Source: Octopus vulgaris (lineage: Eukaryota). Taken from it: a stretch of DNA of 64,000 nucleotides. This document shows, one piece after another, positions 53,883 to 64,000 of this stretch. Every line of letters starts with the position of its first letter. Positions within the stretch are counted from its first letter, which is position 1. The notes below the pieces were generated by a model, which was given only the letters and a program-made list of their open reading frames with translations, was not told the DNA's origin and did no database searches. Location of the stretch: the NCBI GenBank assembly GCA_951406725.2, contig OX597837.1:5022001-5086000 (forward strand), given 5' to 3'. The position numbers and the translations under genes were made by a program.

Positions 53883-54578
53883 ACAAACATTACCAGTATC
53901 ACATGCTTAATGTATGTGCCTTATGAAACACTGCGAAGTTGTAATATTTTGTCCAGGGAAGACACTTTTGAACTGGAAGAGAATAGCAGATATCAATATT
54001 TCATGGTCATCTCTAGTCTTCCCAGGTCGCTTCAGAGGCAGAGGAGGATGTGGCACTGAAGAGTGGAAATGAATGAAATATTAATATTTGTCACTCTTTT
54101 TCACTCCTGCATATATACACACATACACACTTACATATATATATAGGGGATATATTTATCATTAATATTGTCCCTGTTTGTGTTCTCTTGGAATTTGAAA
54201 GTCCTAGAATTTTTATGTAAACAGTTAATGAAAGTCTCTTTTCTGCTATTGAGAATGCTATCTCCAGCCGAAAAGATTTCCAGTGGCTCATTTAAACATA
54301 GCTGACAGTTACAGCTCTCTCTTTTATAGGGATCCACTGTACATAGTATAGACCATTATGAATATATAACAGTATTACATATATATAATGGTATAAAATA
54401 AACTTTTATATACCTGCCCAACCCATGTTACTACAGACTAGAGAGAACCACCACACCCACCAAAAAAAACCTCAAACATATAAAACGCCAGAACATTTCA
54501 ATATGCAAAACCAAAACAGAAAAAAACTAGCAAAACAAAATGAAGAATATATAAAATGTGTAAGAAATAAAATAAAAC

Positions 54579-54633
<55 letters not shown>

Positions 54634-56002
54634 GATTGGAAATAACCCCTGGGTGAATGCTGAAATAACAATGGTAGCAGTTACTATTAACAATAATAAC
54701 ATTTGTTGATGTGGAACAAAGGTGAAAGCACAATGTATAGCAGGGGTTCACACTGGGAAATGTGAGCAGATCTCATGCTATGAAAATACATACCTACATG
54801 CATGTGTGAGTGCATGTATGTGTGTATGAGTTAGTGTGCATATATGTGTGTGTGTGTGTGAATGTGTCTGTGTATGTGTGTGTGTGTGTGGATGAGTGTG
54901 TGTGTGCACATGAGAGTATATACATGTGAGTATATACATGTGTGTATACATGTGCATGCAAGGAATACGTGAGTGTGTGTGTGTATGTATGAGAGTGTGT
55001 GCGTCTGAGTGTGCACATGTATGTTTGTGCCTCTGTACATATGTCTGAGTATGTATGTGTACATATATGTATATTAGTGTGTGTTCATATATATATATAT
55101 ATATGTGTGTGTGTGTTTGTGTATGTATAAAACTCATACATATTTACACATGCATGAATACACACACACACATATGCTTATATATATCTATATATATATG
55201 TATATATATATACACACACACACACACATATATATATGTATATACACGTATAGTGAGAGATTGATTGATAGAGATACACACACACATACACACACACATA
55301 CATCCAAATACATATTTTTGACAAAAAAAATTGATTCCTCACATGACCTTCCCTCCCTAAAACCACAAACAAAAAAAAAACAAAGCAATAACATTCTAGT
55401 GAATAACAGTAACAAGAACAACAAGAAGAAAACTCAGATTTAGTGTTTATATTTTGTCTCTGATAAATATCAAGATCCTACAAATCCAATACCATCACCA
55501 TCACCATCACCATCATATCCATGAGTATGACTATCCTTACCAGTAATACTACCACCATCACCACCGCTGTTCCACCATGATACACCACCCAACACCACCT
55601 GTACTGCCACAATCATTGTATTTCCCACCAGGAACCAGGAACGCCACCAATTTCGACAACCACCACCACCACCACCACCATCACCACCACTTCAATAACA
55701 ACAACAACAACACTACCACCATCACCATCATGACCACCACTTCAATAACAACAACACTACCACCATCACCACCACCAACACCACCACCACCACCACTTCA
55801 ATAACAACAATAACAACAACACTACCACCACCACCACCACCACCACCACCACCACTTCAATAACAACAACAACACCACAACCACCACCATCACCAACAAT
55901 AACAACAACACTGCCAATCATCCCCCCATCACCATAATTACTACTGCCACCATCCCTACCATAATCCCCACCACCACCACCACCACCACCACCACTACCA
56001 CC

Positions 56003-56039
<37 letters not shown>

Positions 56040-56397
56040 CTGCTACCATAACTGTCACCACCACTGCCATCACTATTGCCCTCCCAACACTGCCACCACT
56101 ACCACCACCACCACCACCATCACCACCACCACCACCACCACCAGCACCACCACCACCACCATCAGCTGCCGCTCCACCGTGGCCACTACCTCCACTACAT
56201 ACAACATATAACCAGCAGTTTTGATTTTATTTTTGGTGGGGGTGGTTCGGGTTATAATGGTGGTGGTGATGGTGGTGGTAGCTGTGAAGTGTGTGTGTGT
56301 GTATGTGTATGGAGGAGATGCATGATGTAATAGTGTGTATGTGTGTGCCCTCAGAGAAGGCTTCTATAATCAACTGATGTATGTATACGTAGGTCTG

Positions 56398-56430
<33 letters not shown>

Positions 56431-56459
56431 GTATAAGTATGTGTGTGTATTATTAAATC

Positions 56460-56549
<90 letters not shown>

Positions 56550-56849
56550 TGTATGTATGTATGCATGTATGTATGTATGTATTTATGTATGTGTGTATAT
56601 TACTGTGTCTACAAATTTCAATATTTGATGACAGTAAGTCACAACTAAACAATCTCTAAGTCGGAAGCAATAGTTTTTGGTTCTGTTTTGGTGCTGTTAC
56701 CATTCCATTCTGTTCTGTTTTGGATAATTCTGAGGATCAGATACCAAGGATACAAAAAAAGGGGGCACCTCACCACAAACAAACAAACAAACAAAGAAAC
56801 ATAGTAATATTTATTAATCAATTACATCAACCAGATTCTTCTCAAAAAT

Positions 56850-57365
56850 TCTTCTTCCTTTTCTTCTTCCATTCTTTTTCTTCTACTTTCATACTTCTTC
56901 TTAATTCTTCTTCTGCTTCTTCTTCTTCTTCTTCTTCTTCTTCTTCTTCTTCTTCTTCTTCTTCTCTTTCTTCTTCTTCTTCTTCTTCTTCTTCTTCTTC
57001 TTGTTCTTCTTCTTCTTCTTCTTCTTCTTCTTCTTCTTCTTCTTCTTCTTCTCCTTCTTCTTCTTCTTCTTCTTCTTCTTCTTCTTTCATTCTTCTTCTT
57101 CTTCTTCTTCTTATTTCATTCTTCTTCTATTTCTTCTTCTTCTTCCATCCTTCTTCTTCTTCTTCTTCTTCTTCTTCTTCCATCCTTCTTCTTCTTCTTC
57201 TTCTTCTTCTTCTTCCCTTCTTCTTCTTCTTCCTTCTTCTTCTTCTTCTTCTTCTTCTTCTTCTCCTTCCATTCTTCTTCTTCTTCTTCTTCTTCTTCTT
57301 TCATTCTTCAACACTCCTTTTTCTCCTCCTCCTCCCCCCTCCTCCGCCTCCTCCTCTTTCTTCTT
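56850..57365. repeat. (TTC)n trinucleotide array
   Basis: Directly visible. Confidence 0.95.
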
Positions 57366-58407
57366 CCCTGCAGTTTCCCTCACTACAATATATCTCTCAT
57401 ACACACAAACTGCTACATATCTAACATACACAAAGTCATACAACTCCACACACACACACACTGCAGGGCTCAGTATCTTCATTCTGCCAATGGAATAACA
57501 ACGATGACAGCAATAACAGCAACAACAATGACAACGACCAATTAATATGGTATGGCACTGGTTTTCACCATTAACTCTGTTCTTTGATTTTGTTTATTTC
57601 CTTTTGGCTTTGAATGTACACACACACACATATACAAACATGCATACACATACACACACTCACAAACATGCATACACAAACACACACACATACAAACACA
57701 GACATACACACACACACACACAAGTATAAACATGTATACACACACAAACATGCATACACACACATACATACAAACACACACATGAGTACAAGCATGCATA
57801 TGCACACACACTCGTACAAGTACAGGCACACACAAACTCACATACACACAAACATACACATTTAGATACACACAGACAAATGCGCAAACACAAAAACATA
57901 CATGTACACACATGCACACGCATACACAATCATACACACTGTCACACACACAAACATCCATACACACACACACATATATACATACATAAACTCAACAACA
58001 CTCACACATACGTACACATATAAACATAGACACACACACACATACATAAACACACTAACACTCACACACACATACACATGTAAACACACACACACACAAA
58101 TATAATCAAGATTTTATCTCATTAACATTGATATCATATTAATCAGATTGAATAAAAGTATCATTTTACTAGCTAAAGCTACATTTTAGAACACAAAGAC
58201 ACCCACACACATCAACACACATATACACAAGTATGCGTGTACAAACACAAAACAAAAATTTAGGTATGCCGTTAAGAAACTTGCTTCCTAACCATGAGGT
58301 TTTGAGTTCATCTCACTGTACTGAACCTTAGACAAGGGTCTTCTACAATACCTTAGGTTGACCAAAGCGGTGTGTGTAGATTTGGAAGATGAAAACTAAA
58401 GGAGACT

Positions 58408-58454
<47 letters not shown>

Positions 58455-58658
58455 AAATTGTAATATTATCACTAAGTTTTCAGTCATGATTAGCACAAAC
58501 GAAACCGGTTGACAACGTAAATATAGTATTTCATAAGTACATACATATATATATATACAGTTCTTTTGTTCAACATAAAATCTCTGTGTTTTCTTTCTTT
58601 TTATATTTTTCACTACAATTCACCACATGCTAAATTTTGCACTACACACACACATATA

Positions 58659-58744
58659 CAGTTCTATATTTAAGAGATGAGGAATTATGTACATTATTTA
58701 AATTATTTACATTCAACGGATATCTGTCAAATGTAAATGATGTA

Positions 58745-58750
<6 letters not shown>
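58659..58750. mobile_element. Internally deleted family F element retaining both ends
   Basis: cagttctatatttaagagatgaggaatt...(left end, 46967) joined to gatatctgtcaaatgtaaatgatgtaaa (right end, about 47500-47533). Confidence 0.7.
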
Positions 58751-58783
<33 letters not shown>

Positions 58784-58957
58784 CTCTCTCTCTTTCGGAA
58801 AGGCACAAGCACCTACACGCACATATACACACACGGCAGTAACTTCCGCCTGCCGAATTCAATCACAAAGCTTCGGTCGGCTCAGGGCTATAGCGGAAGT
58901 CACCTACCCAAAGTGCCACGCAGTGGGACTGAACCTGAAACCATATATATATATATA

Positions 58958-59155
58958 TAGTTCAAATTATAGAAAAACAAAGACAAAGAGAGGTGTAGGA
59001 GCAATAAGCAAGTGTATTAGTGTATTAGTTTGACGTTCGGGAAAAATGGAAAAGTGTTTTATGTTTCGAGCCTACGCTCTTCATCAGAAAGGAATAAGAG
59101 GAAATAAATAGAGAGAAAATGAAATAAAAATGTGCTGAGTTCAGTGATCCAACAT
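58958..59155 (-). mobile_element. Family E HHR repeat; HHR at 59056-59091
   Basis: Reverse complement CUUU-CUGAUGA-a-GAGC guag GCUC-GAAA-CA-UA-AAAC. Confidence 0.7.
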
Positions 59156-59264
59156 ATCCACTCACTCACATACATATATATCTATAAGGGTAAATAATTG
59201 TCAAAGAAACAAAACATAATGCAATGAAGATTATTGCTTAATTTCCTGTTTCTTTGTGATCTGC

Positions 59265-59580
59265 TTAATGTCGAGCCTACAATCGTGAGGTTGTGAGTTT
59301 GATTCCTGGATCGAGCTGCATGTCATGTTCTTGGGCAAGATACTTTATTTCACGTTGCTCAAGTTCACTCAGCTGTAGAAATGAGTTGTGACATCACTGG
59401 TGCCAATTGTATCGGCCCCTTTGCCTTTCCCTTGGATAATATCAGTGGTGTGGAGAGAGGAGGCTGGTATGCATGGGCAACTTCTGGTCTTCATATAAAC
59501 AACCTTTCCCAGACTTGTGCCTCGGAGGGTAACTTTCTAGGTGCAATCCTATGGTCATATATAACTGAAGGGGGTCTTTA
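59265..59580 (+). mobile_element. SINE family H
   Basis: Matches the reverse complement of 4080-4409. Confidence 0.8.
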
Positions 59581-59992
59581 AATATACATATATATATATG
59601 TGACAGGTCGTTTCAACTGTGATTCCGACGTGAATTTGCTACCCTGGTATCGTTTCATCGAATTTTCCATGTTGACGGTAAACATAGGATAATTCATTCA
59701 CCTATCGAAATATACATATATGTATATATATATATATATATATTTAGATATAAAAAATTTTTTTTTTCCGTAATGAGATAAAAAAAAAAATTTATATACA
59801 CACACTGATATATGACCTATATATGACCCCTTATTCGCATAATTACCAAACCAGGAACTCAACTATGGTCTATCCATAGCACTTATTCAGCATTACCTGA
59901 CACCTTTGGGTCTCACTGACACCATTACCTCTCATAACCTCCATGTATATATATAAATATATATAAATATATATATATATGTATGTATATAT

Positions 59993-60225
59993 GCTAAGTT
60001 AAAGGGACGTAAACACACCACCATTGGTTGTCAAGCGATGTTGGGGGGACAGACACACAAACACAAACACACATACATATATATATATATACATATATAC
60101 GACGGGCTTCTTTCAGTTTTTGTCTACCAAATCCTCTCGCAAGGCTTTGGTTGGCCCGAGGCTAGAGTAGAAGACGCTTGCCCAAGGTGCCACGCAGTGG
60201 GACTGAACCTGGAACCATGTGGTTC
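59993..60225 (-). mobile_element. SINE family A internal fragment
   Basis: Similarity to family A. Confidence 0.85.
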
Positions 60226-60399
60226 ATAAGTAAGTTGCAATAAACTTTGAAAATTTTGAAGAATTTAGCAAAATAACTTCTAACCATGAGTTTTGCATGA
60301 TGATGATGAGGAGGATGAAGATGATGTCTTCATTGATGTTGATATGTGTGTGTGTCATAATCATCATCATCATCATCATCATCGTCGTCATCGTCATTG

Positions 60400-60435
<36 letters not shown>

Positions 60436-60925
60436 GTATGAGCAGCATCAGCATCATCATCATTTAACAACCACACACACACACACATCCACACACATCC
60501 CGAACACCTACTCTAAAAAAACAAAAAACACAGGAAGGATGTGTTGGATAATGAAGTCCAAGATACCTGTAAATCGACCTGATGGGCATGGCTGGAATGT
60601 CTTTGCCCATACGTTGGTTAAACAAGTAGTGGCGGCAGCAGTTACAGAAGTAGTAGTAGTAGTATTAGTAGTAGCAGTAGTTACACAGTAAGGGCCAAGG
60701 GCAGGCTGTAATATTTAGAGGGATCCTTAAATCCTTACCACTACCCCCCACCAAAGCAGTAACATAATCTAAAAAAAGGTCTTTACATTATAAGTAGTAG
60801 TAGTAGCAGCAGCAGCAGCAGCAGTAGTAGTAGTTTCCCCAGGGCTGCTGCTCACCAAGTACACCCTTCTAGTTTCAACTTCTATGGTTATATACTAAAA
60901 AACGGTTTTTTTTTTACATTAGAAC

Positions 60926-60970
<45 letters not shown>

Positions 60971-61089
60971 CAGCAGCAGTTAGGGTAAATAAAGGTTCTA
61001 TGACTCCCTACTTCTCCCAATTAACAACAGTTATAAACAATGGAAAATGGGTTTTCACAACACATAGTAGTAGTAGCAGCAGCAGCAAC

Positions 61090-61148
<59 letters not shown>

Positions 61149-61349
61149 GGTTATAATAAGGCTCTGCTATGCCCTGCTACCTTTCTCCCAAACTAACTGT
61201 TTTTCAACCTATGGACCCTTTTGGTTCCTATTTTAACCCACGCCCCCACCCCCCGTAATTATTCAATGATTTTAAAAATCTATTATATTTTTGTAATTAA
61301 ATATTATTAGGGATTTCATTAAAAAATTGTAAAAAATATTTTGGGTATT

Positions 61350-61545
61350 ACTCTTCTACTTGTTTCAGCCCCTTGGCTGCAGCCATGCTGGAGCACTGCT
61401 TTGAAAGGGATTTTAGTTGAATAAATCGACCCCAGTACTTACTTTATCAGACTCTTTTGCTGAACTGCTAATTACAGGGACGCAAACACACCAACAACGG
61501 TTGCCAAGCAGTAATGTGGGGACAAACACAGACACACCCACACAC
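61350..61545 (-). mobile_element. SINE family A-related 3' half
   Basis: Similarity to family A tail. Confidence 0.75.
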
Positions 61546-61772
61546 ACATATTAATTAAGTAATGAGAAGATGAATTTGTACAATGTTTGTTTCAACCCAT
61601 CCTGCTATTGCCCCCTTATGTGTGCCCTTTATCTGTTCAACATGTTGTGTTGCATCCATTTTGCAATCTGGGTCTCATCAGGTACATCCATAAAAAAAAG
61701 TTGTATTTCACTAAAAGTCTTGAGTGTTGGCTGCCATATTGTTATATGCCCATCTAGTTATAAATATACATA

Positions 61773-61831
<59 letters not shown>

Positions 61832-61837
<6 letters not shown>

Positions 61838-62040
61838 ATCCAAACAAGAAAACCAAAAACCCAAAAACACAACAACGCGAGGACGTGGAACAAATAAATA
61901 TTATTGGACGCTCAAGAAAAAAGGGAAGAAGGAGGGTTTAACGTTTTGAGCGGAGCTCTTCGTCGGAAACATAGAAGGAAAGATCCTGAGAAGGGAAGAC
62001 AGAGGAAAAAAAAAAAAATCACCAGTGGTGCTCACGAGGT

Positions 62041-62042
<2 letters not shown>
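61832..62042 (-). mobile_element. Family D HHR repeat; HHR at 61936-61970
   Basis: Reverse complement GUUU-CCGACGA-a-GAGC ucc GCUC-aAAA-CG-UU-AAAC; flanked by (TA)n. Confidence 0.75.
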
Positions 62043-62092
<50 letters not shown>

Positions 62093-62095
<3 letters not shown>

Positions 62096-62489
62096 TTTAC
62101 TCTTTTACTTGTTTCAGTCATTTGACTGTGGCCACGCTGGAGCACTGCCTTTAGTTGAGCAAATTGATCGCAGGATTATTCTTTGAAAGTCTAGTACTTA
62201 TTCAATCGGTCTCTTTTGCCAAACTGCTAAGTTACAGGGATGTAAACACACCAACATCGGTTGTCAAGTAATGTTGTGGGGACAAACACAGACACACAAA
62301 CTTATACACACACACACACACACACATACACATATATGCGACAGGCTTCTTTCAGTTTTTTCCGTCTCACAAGGCTTTGGTCAGCCTGAGGCTATAGTAG
62401 AAGACACTTTCCCAAGGTGCCATGAGTGGAACTGAACCCAGAACCATGTGGTTGGTAAGCAAGCTACTTACCACACAGCCACTCCTGTG

Positions 62490-62493
<4 letters not shown>
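62093..62493 (-). mobile_element. SINE family A, full length
   Basis: Similarity to family A. Confidence 0.9.
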
Positions 62494-62546
<53 letters not shown>

Positions 62547-62586
62547 GCGTACGTACCCTCTCTGTTTTATGTAAGTATATATATAT

Positions 62587-62789
62587 AGTTGGAATTTACA
62601 AAAAAAAAAACAAAAGATGAAGACAGGTATGTTAACAACAAACAGAGGTATTAGTTTAACGCTCGGGAAGTGAGAAAGTTTTTTACGTTTCGAGCCTATG
62701 CTCTTCAACAGAAAGGAACATAGAAATAAACAGAGAGAGAAAATAAAAAGAAGGTTTAGTGGCTAGCGATCAATCATGGCGAATGCCGG

Positions 62790-62790
<1 letters not shown>
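62587..62790 (-). mobile_element. Family E HHR repeat; HHR at 62680-62715
   Basis: tacgtttcgagcctatgctcttcaacagaaag. Confidence 0.7.
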
Positions 62791-62824
<34 letters not shown>

Positions 62825-62825
62825 C

Positions 62826-62946
62826 AAAGGGCTTCTTTCAGTTTCTGTTGACCAAATCCACTAACAAGGTTTTGCTCGGCCTGAGACTACGGTAGAAGGC
62901 ACTCGCCCAAAGGTGCCACGCAATGAGACTGAACCCAGTGCCATGC
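62826..62946 (-). mobile_element. SINE family A head, diverged
   Basis: Similarity to family A head. Confidence 0.7.
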
Positions 62947-63070
62947 AGGCATACAAGCACCTATTGCAGAAGCAAAACCAATTTACTGTACATAAATTTT
63001 AACAATCAAATTCTATACGGGTCACCCAGGGCTATAGGGACCCTGGTCGAGAATCACTGAACAAGAACAT

Positions 63071-63104
<34 letters not shown>

Positions 63105-63687
63105 CAGCAGCAGTGTTTGTGGGGTGGGTTGGGGGATATAAAGGCTCTCTGCTACTCCCAATTATTCTCTCCTGAACTAACCATGGTTATAAACTGAAAC
63201 ACCAGAACACTTATCCCTGTTTTAATCTGTTCCAGATATGACAATAAATCTGTTGGAGGGGCAAAACTGAAAGGGTTTTATAGTTTGTATTAGAATCATC
63301 CCTGCTCTTTGCTCTCTCTCTCTTTCTTAATTTCTTTCTGTTTGTCTATGAGTTTATCTATCTGTCTGTTTCTCTCTTCACTTTCTCAGTCTCTTTCTTT
63401 CTTTCTTTCTATGTCCCTCTCTCTCTTTTTATCTGTCTCTCTCACTTTTCTTCTCTTTGTCTCTCTCTCTTTTCTTCTCTTTGTCTCTCTCTTTTTTATC
63501 TCTGTCTCTCTCTCTCTCTTTTCTTCTCTTTGTCTCTCTCTTTCTGTGCATATGTGTGTGTGTCTCTCTCTCTCACTCTTTCACTTACTCTCTGTATCTC
63601 TCTGTCTATTTCTGCCCATGCTGCTCCCCTATATTTGCTTCTATGTCTGCCTGCCTGCCTGCCTGCCTGTCTGTCTGTCTGTTTGTA

Positions 63688-63718
<31 letters not shown>

Positions 63719-64000
63719 ATCTCTCTCAGTTTCTTCCTTTTTTTATCAATTTCCAACCCCACTGTTACCATAATTCTGTTCAAATTCATTTTTATTTTTC
63801 TGGTGGTGGTTATAGAAGATAACATAAAAATTTGATAAAACAATTATGTTGTTATGAAGCCAGGGTTTGAAACAACACGAAATTTCGATGGAAGGTTTCA
63901 ATTTAAATCCCTTTAAAACAGGAAGCTTCTAACATAGAACCAGGGGATCTTTTTTGCTTTGACTGGTAGTTTTTTAAAATAATTTCTTTGTAACTAAACA

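Overview
Non-coding, AT-rich, repeat-saturated animal DNA. The repeat repertoire resembles what I recall from octopus genomes; this is an inference, not a database result. No convincing intact protein-coding gene is present, and almost every ORF in the track is a translated microsatellite. Recognisable content: dozens of tRNA-derived SINE copies from at least four families (labelled A, C, G, H here), 5'-truncated RTE-clade LINE 3' ends, a mariner transposase remnant, two non-autonomous Helitrons, a Tigger/pogo-like MITE, a decayed 28S rRNA fragment and a tRNA-Asp pseudogene. The most interesting signal is about 20 minimal type-I hammerhead-ribozyme (HHR) motifs from many unrelated short repeat families, of the kind known from Penelope-like element pLTRs. 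They mostly sit in (TA)n tracts, and several lie in inverted repeats. One family (F) fuses a Pol III tRNA-like head to an HHR tail and is inserted as a head-to-head palindrome. It shares its insertion site inside SINE family C with a second, independent nested insertion. Repeat boundaries are approximate (read by eye); motif and TSD coordinates were counted.
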